Source of the DNA: an uncultured Vicinamibacteraceae bacterium | GTDB taxonomy: Bacteria > Acidobacteriota > Vicinamibacteria > Vicinamibacterales > UBA8438 | Length of the DNA: 64,000 nucleotides | NCBI GenBank assembly: GCA_964342695.1 | Contig: CAYFFV010000003.1 | Location: forward strand, 53,695-117,694 | Direction: 5' to 3' | In this document: positions 1 through 9,700 of the stretch, one piece after another | How the letters are laid out: the number at the start of each line of letters is the position of its first letter | How positions within the stretch are numbered: the stretch's first letter is position 1 | Made by a program: the position numbers and the translations under genes | Notes under the pieces: generated by a model | What the model saw: only the letters and a program-made list of their open reading frames with translations | Told to the model about the DNA's origin: nothing | The model's database searches: none

Positions 1-1
1 T

Positions 2-844
2 TTCAGAAAGGATGGACGTAATCTGAGTTATATGCTCGCTCATTACGCCTTATCGCCTGATTTCAAAACAGACGTTGGTTTCGTCCGTCGGACGAATCAA
101 CGTTTTAGCTTTACCAGTCTTTCCTATCGCTGGTGGCCTGAGTCGTGGCTCATTAATTGGGGTCCAGAGATTAGATACCACAGAAGCTATAGTTTTAAAG
201 GTCCACTAGATGATGAAAACGCGTCCGTAGGTCTCAGGGCTTCGTTTGCAAACAACATTCGATTGGACGGGGATCTTGGTCGGGAAATGGAGCGATTCGG
301 AGGTATCGATTTCTGGAAAAATCGTTACCAATTTATGGGAGTAGTAAGTTCAAGTCGACTCTTCTCGTATGGGGTGGGGGGAAGTGGTGGAGATCAAATA
401 TTTTTTGATGAACAGAATCCATACTTAGGACAAGAGACAGGGTGGAATGTATTTCTTAATCTTCGATTGTTCTCAAGACTACAGTCACGGATTAACGTGA
501 GGACCAACAAATTTGTTAATACAAACACAGACGGTAATATTGCGTTTGATGTAAACATATTTCGAGCATTGACAACCTATCAATTTAGCAAGCGATTACA
601 GTTTCGCAACATAAGTGAGTACAACAGTCTCCAAAGGTCGCTCGGCCTTAATTTTCTGTTCACATACAGGATCAATGCGGGAACTGTGTTCTATTTTGGG
701 TATGACGATCGATATCGACAAGCCAACAGGATTGACTGGGATCTAAATTCTGATTCGCTAAGCGATCCTTTTTTCCAGTCGAACCATCGTGTGCGCACTA
801 ACAGGGCTATTTTTACGAAATTACAGTACCTGTTTCGTTTCTAG
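2..844 (+). CDS. DUF5916-family putative outer-membrane protein, C-terminal part (5' truncated by window edge)
   Basis: The frame is open from base 2 (FRKDGRNLSYMLAHYALSPDFKTDVGF) and aligns by eye with FQKNGRNLTYAFGWYNLSPDFKTDVGF in the next ORF. It ends in KLQYLFRF, an aromatic C-terminus. Confidence 0.8.
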   Translation, partial: FRKDGRNLSYMLAHYALSPDFKTDVGFVRRTNQRFSFTSLSYRWWPESWLINWGPEIRYHRSYSFKGPLDDENASVGLRASFANNIRLDGDLGREMERFGGIDFWKNRYQFMGVVSSSRLFSYGVGGSGGDQIFFDEQNPYLGQETGWNVFLNLRLFSRLQSRINVRTNKFVNTNTDGNIAFDVNIFRALTTYQFSKRLQFRNISEYNSLQRSLGLNFLFTYRINAGTVFYFGYDDRYRQANRIDWDLNSDSLSDPFFQSNHRVRTNRAIFTKLQYLFRF

Positions 845-917
845 GTTGCGCAAGTATAAGACAGGTTACAATGTTGGTTTGGTGACTTCTTTTTTTTCTA
901 CTTCTTTGAGACAGCAC

Positions 918-3785
918 ATGCTCGGAGTTATTGCCAGTGTATTGCTCTGTACTGGTAGCGCTGTTGCCCAGGGTCAGCAATCGGAAGATGGTGAGCCGAG
1001 AGGGTTCCGATCGAGCACGATTGCGGTCTTACCCTTAGCAAACATCTCTAATAATCCGTCAGACGAGTCTATCGCGCTTGGTATCACAGAAACTATCGTT
1101 TCTGATCTCAAAGGATTTCCAAATTTTTCCGTCATAGATACGGCGGCATTCTTTCGCGAGGAAAATAAGAGTACAGAGTTTTGGCGGCCGTATGAGTTAG
1201 AGGCTTACGATGCCGCAAGAGAGTTCGGTGTTGGCTGGGTCGTGTCTGGAGGGATTCAGCGGCTAGGCGACGAACTGCGTGTGACGTTGCAAATCATCAA
1301 TCTAACAACACAATTGTCTTACCAGGCTGTAAAAATAGATGGTTCGGTTGACTCTTTATTTTCTTTGCAAGATGACATTGTCGAACAGTTGCGAATGCAG
1401 TTAGCAATTCTGGCTGGTTCCCCAGCTATTACTGCTGTTGAAGAGGGAGACGATCGCTCGGAGGCTGAGAACATTCTTCACACTTCCGAAACGACCATGG
1501 AGGAAAAGGCGCCTCTATTTGGAGCGGAAAAGACAGAGTTGTCTGCAACCCATGGCACTCGATCTGCCGATAGTGAGCAGTTGTACAGCCCAGCCAGTAT
1601 AAGGCCTTACCGGACAGAGATTGTTCCAGTCATCGACGGTGTTCTAGATGATAGAACATGGCAAACCGCTGTTAAGGTAACGGACTTTGTTCAGCGTCAG
1701 CCACTCGATGGGGCTCCGGCCACTGAAAAGACTGAGGTTTATCTCGCTTACGATAGCTCAACAATTTACATTGGTATACACGCGCACTATCAAGATCCAG
1801 GAATCATGCGAGCGAATCGGGCTGATCGAGATCGCCCGATTGCTGATGATGCTGTTTTAGTGTATTTCGATCCGTTTCGTGATCAGCAGCGAGCATATGT
1901 TTTTGGCGTTAATGGTTACGGAGTGCAAAGCGATTCGATTTTAAATGCACGCTCTGGGGGTGGACGTGGACCAGGCCGTGGGTTTGGTGGAATGCATAGA
2001 AACGGACCGGGTGGTGCGCCGCGTGGCGATATGTCTTGGGATGCGTTATATCACTCAGCTGGTCAGATTGTCGAAGATGGTTTCACGGCCGAGCTAGCCA
2101 TACCATTTAAAAGCCTTCGATACCCCCAACGTGGGTCTGCCGCGTTACACGAATGGGGCTTCCAAATTGCACGAACTATTCGAGGCAAAGATGAAAGCGT
2201 GGTTTGGGCACCCGTATCTCGTAATGTTGCTGGATTTTTGACCCAAATGGGAATTTTGGAAGGTATGACCGGATTATCGACGAGTCGTAATATTGAGATT
2301 TTACCGACCTTCACAGCGGTGCAGTTTGGTTCGCTCGACGCTGACTCGAAGACCTTTGTGAACAAAGATCCTGAACCGGAGGGTGGGTTCAATCTAAAGT
2401 ACGGGCTAACTTCTAACCTGACCGCTGACTTCACATACAATCCAGATTTTTCGCAGATTGAAACAGATCAACCGCAAATAGAGCTAAACCAACGGTTTGA
2501 ATTATTTTTTCCTGAGCTCCGACCATTTTTTCTTGAAGGAGCTGAAATTTTTCAATTCAGAGGACCAGTGAATCTTGTGCATACGCGGACTATCGTGGAT
2601 CCTGAATACGGCGGAAAATTAACTGGAAAAGTTGGAAATACAACCATTGGTGTGTTGTATGCCAATGACGAGGCTGCTGGAAATCTTGAAGATTCGAGTG
2701 ATGCTACATTTGGTCAAGCGGCACAGACATTTATAGGCCGACTACGTTATGACCTTTATGCCGAATCGTATATCGGTGCTTTAGTCACTGATCGAGAATT
2801 TATGGATGGGTACAATCGAGTTGCAGGAATCGACAGCAATTTTCGCTTAGGGGACACGCATTCATTTGGGGTTCGGGCAGTTGGAAGCAAGGACCGAGAC
2901 CTTCATGGTCTTGAAACGTCTGGCTATTTGCTCAATGCCAGTTTTCAAAAGAATGGACGTAATCTGACTTACGCATTTGGTTGGTACAATCTGTCTCCCG
3001 ACTTCAAGACCGATGTTGGTTTCGTAGAGCGGACCGATCAACGGTGGACGTTAGGTACAGTCTCTTATCGATGGTGGCCAGAAGGCTGGCTTATAAACTG
3101 GGGACCGCATTTCACTTACACACGGGCCAGCAATTTTGACGGTGTGTTGGAAGATGAGAGCACAAGCGGAGGATTTGGATTCCGGTTTGCCAAGAACATC
3201 ACAGTCAACACAAACATTGATCGGGTAATGGAACGATTTGGCGGTTTTAATTTTGACAAAACACGATATAGCACTTTTGCTACAGTCAGCACGAACAGGC
3301 GCATCGCTTTTGGTGGAGGTTTTAATCGTGGCGATCAAATTTTTTTTGATGAGGAAAATCCATATCTTGGGTTTGATATGGGCTGGAATCTTTTCGTCAA
3401 TGCACGTCCTTTTACACGCCTAAACTCAAATATAAATGTGTTTACAAATAGGTTTATTGACAGATTAAATAACGACACACCCGTCTTTGATGTGAAAATT
3501 CTTCGCGCCCTAACTACTTATCAATTTACGAATCGTTTACTTGTAAGAAATATTAGTGAGTACAACAGTTTTGATAAAAAGTTTGGTTTTAATTTTCTGA
3601 TTACTTACAGACTTAATGCGGGAACGGTGTTTTACGCAGGATATGATGATCGATATCAAAGGGGAAATAAAATCGAACGAGATTTAGACGGAAATGGTAT
3701 TAATGATCGGTTGTTTCAATCCAATGATCTCCAGCGAACCAACCGAGCCGTTTTCGTGAAGCTTCAGTATCTATTCCGATATTAG
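918..3785 (+). CDS. Exported protein: TolB-N/CsgG-like domain + CBM9-like sugar-binding domain + DUF5916 barrel region
   Basis: ORF 789..3785; likely start is ATG 918 with a signal peptide (MLGVIASVLLCTGSAVAQ). Motifs: TIAVLPLANIS...GGIQRLGDELRVTLQI (TolB-N-like); IDGVLDD..W, FVQRQP..G.PATEKTEV, ELAIPFKSLRY (CBM9-like); YNPDFSQIETD, FFPELRPFFLEG (DUF5916). Confidence 0.8.
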   Translation: MLGVIASVLLCTGSAVAQGQQSEDGEPRGFRSSTIAVLPLANISNNPSDESIALGITETIVSDLKGFPNFSVIDTAAFFREENKSTEFWRPYELEAYDAAREFGVGWVVSGGIQRLGDELRVTLQIINLTTQLSYQAVKIDGSVDSLFSLQDDIVEQLRMQLAILAGSPAITAVEEGDDRSEAENILHTSETTMEEKAPLFGAEKTELSATHGTRSADSEQLYSPASIRPYRTEIVPVIDGVLDDRTWQTAVKVTDFVQRQPLDGAPATEKTEVYLAYDSSTIYIGIHAHYQDPGIMRANRADRDRPIADDAVLVYFDPFRDQQRAYVFGVNGYGVQSDSILNARSGGGRGPGRGFGGMHRNGPGGAPRGDMSWDALYHSAGQIVEDGFTAELAIPFKSLRYPQRGSAALHEWGFQIARTIRGKDESVVWAPVSRNVAGFLTQMGILEGMTGLSTSRNIEILPTFTAVQFGSLDADSKTFVNKDPEPEGGFNLKYGLTSNLTADFTYNPDFSQIETDQPQIELNQRFELFFPELRPFFLEGAEIFQFRGPVNLVHTRTIVDPEYGGKLTGKVGNTTIGVLYANDEAAGNLEDSSDATFGQAAQTFIGRLRYDLYAESYIGALVTDREFMDGYNRVAGIDSNFRLGDTHSFGVRAVGSKDRDLHGLETSGYLLNASFQKNGRNLTYAFGWYNLSPDFKTDVGFVERTDQRWTLGTVSYRWWPEGWLINWGPHFTYTRASNFDGVLEDESTSGGFGFRFAKNITVNTNIDRVMERFGGFNFDKTRYSTFATVSTNRRIAFGGGFNRGDQIFFDEENPYLGFDMGWNLFVNARPFTRLNSNINVFTNRFIDRLNNDTPVFDVKILRALTTYQFTNRLLVRNISEYNSFDKKFGFNFLITYRLNAGTVFYAGYDDRYQRGNKIERDLDGNGINDRLFQSNDLQRTNRAVFVKLQYLFRY

Positions 3786-3868
3786 CTTCTTTCAAGGCAC
3801 AATGACGGATTCGCATGTTATCGTAAGGGGCTTACAGGCGGTTTAAGGTGTTGTGCGGAACCGCTGAT

Positions 3869-3961
3869 GGTGAGGTGGCCGAGCGGCTGAAGGCGGCGGT
3901 TTGCTAAACCGTTGTAGGGTTTATAGCTCTACCCAGGGTTCGAATCCCTGCCTCACCGCCA
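3869..3961 (+). tRNA. tRNA-Ser(GCT)
   Basis: Acceptor GGTGAGG pairs with CCTCACC, followed by GCCA. D arm GGCCGAGCGGCTGAAGGC; anticodon arm CGGT-TT-GCT-AA-ACCG; long variable arm GTAGGG...CTCTAC; T loop GGGTTCGAATCCC. Confidence 0.97.
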
Positions 3962-4036
3962 TATTCTTTCATTCGTAATTAATGCTGAACTTAAGTTTAA
4001 CCTGTTGAAAACCGGGCCATCGCAGGATATTGTCTC

Positions 4037-5038
4037 GTGAGATTTGGCGTATTGAAGGGAGTGATCGTGTTGACAAGGATGCTAATGACATTCGTTCTTA
4101 TCGGAAGTTTTTCAGTCTTACTCCAAGGACAGGATGGAATTCCTCGAACAGCGTGGGGTGATCCGGATTTACAAGGTATTTGGGGTGCCGGTTATATTCT
4201 GACCCCACTTGAGCGTCCAGATGAATTTGAAGGACGAGAATTCCTGACGGATGATGAAGTCGCGGCAATAGAAGGGGGTGCGGCGGGTCCGGGGCGCGAT
4301 CAACGGGCTGAAGTTGGTTCGGTAGCCGACGTAGAGGGAGCGTATAACGATGCTTACAGTGGGCGTGGAAGAAGTGTGATCCGAACAAGGCGGACTTCCT
4401 TAATCATTGATCCTCCAGATGGAAAGATTCCTTATACGCGCGAAGGCAGAGCTAAGCGTGAGGCAGAAGTTGCTGAGTTTGATCGGATCCGAGACAGGGC
4501 ACACCATCCAGAAGATCAACAAGACGATCGTTGTGAAGGGATCACGCTACCAATTGATTATGGTAGCGCCCGAGTGTCAGGTGGTCATAGCCGGGTTGTC
4601 CAAAGTCCAGGAGTAGTGTCTTTTTATCATGAATCTGGTCATCAGGGAGGTCAGTACCGTGATGTTGCGCTCGATGGCCGACCTCATCCACCCGAACACA
4701 TCCGACAATGGTTCGGCCACTCAGTTGGTTATTGGGAGGATGAAACATTGGTTGTTGACGCAACAAATTTTAGTAATAAAACGACCTTTCATGGGTCCCG
4801 CGAGGGACTTCACATTGTTGAACGTTTTACTCGCATTGAATCAGATCTTTTGTTGTACCAAGTTACCATTGAGGATCCGACCACGTTTTCTCAACCGTGG
4901 ACTATTGAGGTGCCACTTAATTTGCTTGACAACAAAATGAATCAAATTTATGAGTCGGCATGTCAGGAAGGTAATTATTCAATGACACAGATTCTTGCGG
5001 GTGAACGTGAGTTGGAGCGACAAGGGCGCGCGCGCTGA
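4037..5038 (+). CDS. Exported conserved hypothetical protein (IPRTxWGxPDLxGIW family)
   Basis: 333 aa ORF with a signal-like N-terminus; the true start may be 4067-4079. Motifs GHSVGYWEDETLVV, ERFTR, TIEDPTTFSQPWT and YESACQEGN are shared with ORF 62836..63660. Confidence 0.75.
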   Translation: MRFGVLKGVIVLTRMLMTFVLIGSFSVLLQGQDGIPRTAWGDPDLQGIWGAGYILTPLERPDEFEGREFLTDDEVAAIEGGAAGPGRDQRAEVGSVADVEGAYNDAYSGRGRSVIRTRRTSLIIDPPDGKIPYTREGRAKREAEVAEFDRIRDRAHHPEDQQDDRCEGITLPIDYGSARVSGGHSRVVQSPGVVSFYHESGHQGGQYRDVALDGRPHPPEHIRQWFGHSVGYWEDETLVVDATNFSNKTTFHGSREGLHIVERFTRIESDLLLYQVTIEDPTTFSQPWTIEVPLNLLDNKMNQIYESACQEGNYSMTQILAGERELERQGRAR

Positions 5039-5116
5039 GTCTACTGATGAAATAATTACCAGAGGGTTGGTATTGAATAATCTTGGGGTCATTGTTCTTT
5101 GCGGGAGGATTAGCGG

Positions 5117-7204
5117 ATGGAATGGCGAATATTAATGCGGTCTTTAATTTGTACAACAGTGTTAATGATTCTCTTCCCATCGATGGTTGATGCTCGCGTT
5201 GTGCGGTTTGTGGTCGAGGAGCGCCGAGTTTTTGCTGAGGGAAAAGAGTTTGGTACGGTTGGTCCATATGAGCGACTGGACGGCACTGTATATATGGAGG
5301 TGGATCCAGATGATCCTCTCAATGCGGTCATTGTAAATTTGGATAAGACCGTTCTGAACGAGCGTGGGAACGTTGAATTCAGCACAACGTTTTACATGCT
5401 CAAACCAGTCGATATTGCGCGAGGTAACGGGAAGATCTTTTACGGAATTAACAATCGCGGTAATAAACTTGAAAGTGGTTTACGATGGCATTACGTGCCG
5501 GCAAGCAACGATCCGATTTCTTCTGAAGATGCTGGCGACGGTTTTCTATTTCGTCTTGGCTATACTATCGTTGACGCAGGATGGCAGGGAGATGTAGCAG
5601 AGGGGAACGACCGACTTTTCCCCGATTTGCCTATTGCCCGAGCCGCGGATGGATCTCCTTTCGTTGCATCAATCCGGGTAGAACTATCTGATCGGGGAAT
5701 TCCGGAAGAAGGAACGTTTACACTGCCCTTAAAGGGAAGTCCTCGTTTTCGTTCCTATCCCACAGCCGATTTTGATACGACGAAATCTTCATTGACTTTT
5801 CGAACGGAGGTTGATGGTTATAAAACCATTATTCCATCCGATCAGTGGGCGTTTGGTCGTTGTCCTCTTGGACGGAGCAGCCTGGAACCATCGGAGACTG
5901 ATATTTGTGTGTTTGACGGGTTGCGGCCAGATCGATTGTACGAACTTATCTATCCTGCTAAGAATCCAATGGTCATGGGTTTAGGATACGCGGTTACCCG
6001 TGATGTGGCATCGTTCCTTCGGAACCGAACCGTTGATGACGCAGGTAATTCAAATCCGATTGCTCGAGATTCAACAGAGGTGGGAATATCTAGGGTGTAT
6101 GGATCGGGCTCCTCTTCCACCGGAATGTATTTACGTGATTTTCTCTATCTTGGTTTTAATGAAGATGAGCAACATAGAAAAGTCTTCGATGCGGTCAACA
6201 TTCAAATACCTGGGTCACATCGGCTATTTGCAAATGTAGCATTTGCAGATCCAAATACATATTCCAGACAAGATGATAGGCATCATTTTCTGTCGACTTC
6301 ATATCCTCCCATGCAATATGGAGTAATTACTGATCCCTTAACAGGTATTCGAGACGGTATTTTAAAGCGGCCAGAAACTGACCCACTTGTTTTTCACACT
6401 GACACTGAAAATGAATTCTGGACAATGAAAGCCTCGCTCAATATTCATGATGGTCTTGGTCGGCCGATCTTTGTTCCGGATAATGTACGCCTCTATTTAC
6501 TTTCTAACTTTCAACATAGCGGTGGTAATCCTCATCTAAGAGTGCCCGGACCACCGGGAATGTGTGCAAACCCCACAAATCCAAACTATAACGGGCCGAC
6601 CAATCGCGCGTTGTTGATGGCGCTAGATGCTTGGGCTGATCGTGGCGTAGAACCTCCACCAAATCGTTATCCTCAAGTTGAGAACGGCACCTTGGTTTCT
6701 CTAGAGGAATATTTGGACCGTTTTCCTGAAATTCCTGGAGCAGCATTGACCGGAGTTGTTACTGAATTATCATTGCTCAATTTTGGTCCATGGTTTGGCT
6801 CAACCGGAGGAATATTGACCCAGCTTCCACCCGGGCTTGGTCCTGCGTATACAGTTCTAGTGCCGACCGCGGATGCAGATGGACTGAATCCCGTTGGTAT
6901 TCGTCCCATGGAAGTCCGAGCACCTTTGGGTACTAACGTTGGCTGGAATGTGCGCGCTACAGGTCGGAGGCAGGGAAACTTGTGTGGCTTAGCCGGGTCG
7001 TTTTTTCCATTTGCTAAGACAAGAGCGGAACGACAAAGGACAGGTGATTCCCGTCTTTCATTAGAAGAGCGTTATTCTAATCATCAAGGGTATGTTGATG
7101 CAGTTAGACATGCAGCTGAAGAACTTATGCAAGAGAGATTTCTATTGCAAGAAGATGTTAATCGTTTTATTCAAAGCGCCCAGGAAAGTGATGTTCTAAG
7201 ATAA
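5117..7204 (+). CDS. Exported alpha/beta-hydrolase domain protein (tannase-like / Abhydrolase_10 type)
   Basis: 695 aa ORF with a signal peptide. Family motifs: FGTVGPYERL, GNGKIFYGINNRG, GYTIVDAGWQGD, GLGYAVTRDVASFLR, PTADADG, SLEERY. Confidence 0.7.
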   Translation: MEWRILMRSLICTTVLMILFPSMVDARVVRFVVEERRVFAEGKEFGTVGPYERLDGTVYMEVDPDDPLNAVIVNLDKTVLNERGNVEFSTTFYMLKPVDIARGNGKIFYGINNRGNKLESGLRWHYVPASNDPISSEDAGDGFLFRLGYTIVDAGWQGDVAEGNDRLFPDLPIARAADGSPFVASIRVELSDRGIPEEGTFTLPLKGSPRFRSYPTADFDTTKSSLTFRTEVDGYKTIIPSDQWAFGRCPLGRSSLEPSETDICVFDGLRPDRLYELIYPAKNPMVMGLGYAVTRDVASFLRNRTVDDAGNSNPIARDSTEVGISRVYGSGSSSTGMYLRDFLYLGFNEDEQHRKVFDAVNIQIPGSHRLFANVAFADPNTYSRQDDRHHFLSTSYPPMQYGVITDPLTGIRDGILKRPETDPLVFHTDTENEFWTMKASLNIHDGLGRPIFVPDNVRLYLLSNFQHSGGNPHLRVPGPPGMCANPTNPNYNGPTNRALLMALDAWADRGVEPPPNRYPQVENGTLVSLEEYLDRFPEIPGAALTGVVTELSLLNFGPWFGSTGGILTQLPPGLGPAYTVLVPTADADGLNPVGIRPMEVRAPLGTNVGWNVRATGRRQGNLCGLAGSFFPFAKTRAERQRTGDSRLSLEERYSNHQGYVDAVRHAAEELMQERFLLQEDVNRFIQSAQESDVLR

Positions 7205-7288
7205 ACATCTCTCGCGTTTATCCTTCATTTGTTAGGTGTTTTGCTTTGCCGATCCAGAATAGGTGGTATGCGAAAGGGAGGAATTGAC

Positions 7289-8449
7289 ATGCGTTACAGA
7301 CTCGAACAATTTATGATGGGCTTGTTTATTGTTTTTTTAGCTACTGGTTCTCTGACAGCACAGACTTCTACAGCAAGTTCTGGCGTGGGACCAACATTAC
7401 AGTATTTATCCCCGATGAGTTTTGGTCCGGATGCTGTTTTATTTGCAGCCGATGCACAAGAAGTATTCATTTACGCTCTTGATCTTAGTGAACATGTCGT
7501 AGGCGGTGTGGCTGGTACTCAAAGTGTTCCGGATATAGATAAAAAAATTGCAGACCTGTTAGGCACTACCACAGGCAACATTGTCCTGACGGATTTGGCA
7601 GTGTATCCGAACACGGGCAACACCTTTATTTCTCTTATGCGAGGCAGTGATCCTGTTCTATTACGCGTGGACGGTAGTGCGGATATTACGGTTGTTCCGC
7701 TTGATCAGGTTTCTTACACCAGAATCGGGCTGCCTAACCCTCCGGGTGAAACCACAGACATGCTTCTTAAAGGCGGTCGGGGTATGCCTATTCCGAATTA
7801 TCCGTCTAACCAAGTCGCGGAATATCCAATGAATTTATTTGGAGTCCAGACTATTACCGATCTCGCCTATGTTGATGGACGTTTGTATGCGGCAGGTCTG
7901 TCCAATGAAGAATTCGCATCGAAATTGCGCTCAATCGCGTATCCCTTTACCAGTGTTGACGAAGGTACGAGTGTAGAAATCTGGCATGCACCGCATGATC
8001 AATTTGAAACTCGTTCACCTATCTATACTTTTGTTCCATATGAAATTAATGATGAACCACATCTCATCGCGTCGTACTTATGTACACCATTAGTAAAGTT
8101 CCCAATTTCAAGTCTTCAACCTGGTGCAGATGTAAGAGGAGAGACCATTGCAGAGTTTGGCAGCGGGAACAGACCGCTGGACATGATTGTGTACCAGAAA
8201 AATGGCCAAGATTATTTACTAATGTCTAACAACAGGCATGGAGTCATGAAAATTCCGACGCAAGATTTTGGTTCCACCGAGAATTTGACAGGTATTGTGC
8301 CGGATGGTGCGACAGCGGGTGTTCCTTTTGAAAAGATCGATGCTTTACAAGGTGTTGAGCAACTCGATCGTCTCGACATGGATCATGCGATTGTGCTTAT
8401 TCGTTCAGACACTGATGTGCTAAGACTTGAAGTGGTAGATTTACCGTAA
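7289..8449 (+). CDS. Exported conserved hypothetical protein (probable beta-propeller-like)
   Basis: RBS GGGAGG before ATG 7289; signal peptide; motifs MSFGPDAVLF, ITDLAYVDG, HAPHDQFETRSPI, YLCTPLV, GSGNRPLDM. Confidence 0.65.
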   Translation: MRYRLEQFMMGLFIVFLATGSLTAQTSTASSGVGPTLQYLSPMSFGPDAVLFAADAQEVFIYALDLSEHVVGGVAGTQSVPDIDKKIADLLGTTTGNIVLTDLAVYPNTGNTFISLMRGSDPVLLRVDGSADITVVPLDQVSYTRIGLPNPPGETTDMLLKGGRGMPIPNYPSNQVAEYPMNLFGVQTITDLAYVDGRLYAAGLSNEEFASKLRSIAYPFTSVDEGTSVEIWHAPHDQFETRSPIYTFVPYEINDEPHLIASYLCTPLVKFPISSLQPGADVRGETIAEFGSGNRPLDMIVYQKNGQDYLLMSNNRHGVMKIPTQDFGSTENLTGIVPDGATAGVPFEKIDALQGVEQLDRLDMDHAIVLIRSDTDVLRLEVVDLP

Positions 8450-8494
8450 CACCTCTGAAATAGATTTTTTGAGGTTATCGTTAAGTATGCGAAG

Positions 8495-9700
8495 GTGGCT
8501 GTATTGTTGAGAGCCGTCCTACTTTTAGTTTGTGTTTCTGCTGGCAGTTTAGGTCAGGGTTTTTTCAGTTCTGTGCAGGCTGCCAGATCGGAAATATGGT
8601 TGGAGTTTGTGTCAGAAGATTCTGGCACGAGCATGGTGGAAGTGGCTGGCCTGAACCCAGCTGATCTCGTCGTGCTGGATCACGCTTCTCTATCGAATAC
8701 TGAATGGCAACAAGTTTTTCGAGTTTTCATTGCCGATGATATTGATTCGGATCGGTTGCCAGTATTAGGCAAGTATTCGATTACTAATTTAACGATTCGC
8801 TTTACTCCCCTTTATCCTTTCGATCTAGGTCAGGATTACGATGTTGTCTTTAATCCGGCTGGATTTGTTTATCGAAAAGGTCTAAGTGTTGAATGGCCTA
8901 CCGATACTTTGGTGAAAAGGTTTCATGTAAAAACGAGCGTTACAGTTCCATCTACAGCAATTTTGGGTGTATTTCCTTCCGCCAAGGAGCTTCCTGAAAA
9001 TCAGCTTAGGTTCTATGTTTTCTTTTCTGCTCCTATGGGTTTCAAAGGAGGTTCTGCCCACGTTTCGCTTTTAGATTCCGATGGAAGTGTCATTCCTAAC
9101 GCTTTTCTTCCTTTGGATGTTGCTTTGTGGAATAACGAACGCACTCGATACACGATGCTTTTTGACCCAGGTAGAGTCAAGACTGGCATCTTTCCCAATC
9201 AACAAGATGGTCGCCCACTTCAATCGGGAGAAAACTATACCTTAGTTATAGATCGGCACTGGGCAGATTCGAATGGAATTCCTTTAGTTGAGTCATATAA
9301 GAGAAGCTTTCAGGTTGTTCCTCCGGAGAAACGTCCCATTGTGCCGTCAGCTTGGAATCTAGAGGTGCCGAGGGCAGGTTCCGTTGATTCGCTGAAAGTA
9401 TCATTTCTTAGATCTCTGGATTATGCGCTATTGCACCGTGCATTAGTGGTAATAAACAGTCACGGAGAGGCAGTTCAAGGTGAGATGTTTGTTCAGAAGA
9501 ATGAGACAGAGTGGTATTTTACTCCTGTCACACCGTGGTCTTATTCAGAATATCGACTGCTCATACTTCCCGTACTCGAAGACCCGAGCGGTAACAGAGT
9601 TAATCGTTCCTTTGAGGTTGAGTCGACGCAATCGATAATTGATAAACATGAAAGTTCTAGTCATCTTGCTTTTAGGCCGCGCCTAACGCAAGAACCCTGA
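8495..9700 (+). CDS. Exported hypothetical protein with Ig-like (SbsA/Big-type) domains
   Basis: 401 aa ORF with a signal peptide. Motifs PENQLRFYVFFSAPM, LFDPGRVKTG, F...LDYALL..., LEDPSGN resemble bacterial Ig-like repeats. Confidence 0.6.
   Translation: MAVLLRAVLLLVCVSAGSLGQGFFSSVQAARSEIWLEFVSEDSGTSMVEVAGLNPADLVVLDHASLSNTEWQQVFRVFIADDIDSDRLPVLGKYSITNLTIRFTPLYPFDLGQDYDVVFNPAGFVYRKGLSVEWPTDTLVKRFHVKTSVTVPSTAILGVFPSAKELPENQLRFYVFFSAPMGFKGGSAHVSLLDSDGSVIPNAFLPLDVALWNNERTRYTMLFDPGRVKTGIFPNQQDGRPLQSGENYTLVIDRHWADSNGIPLVESYKRSFQVVPPEKRPIVPSAWNLEVPRAGSVDSLKVSFLRSLDYALLHRALVVINSHGEAVQGEMFVQKNETEWYFTPVTPWSYSEYRLLILPVLEDPSGNRVNRSFEVESTQSIIDKHESSSHLAFRPRLTQEP

Noticed and set aside
789-917. N-terminal 43 codons of the 998 aa ORF overlapping the upstream gene
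   Set aside because: A good signal peptide begins at ATG 918, so the extension is probably non-coding.
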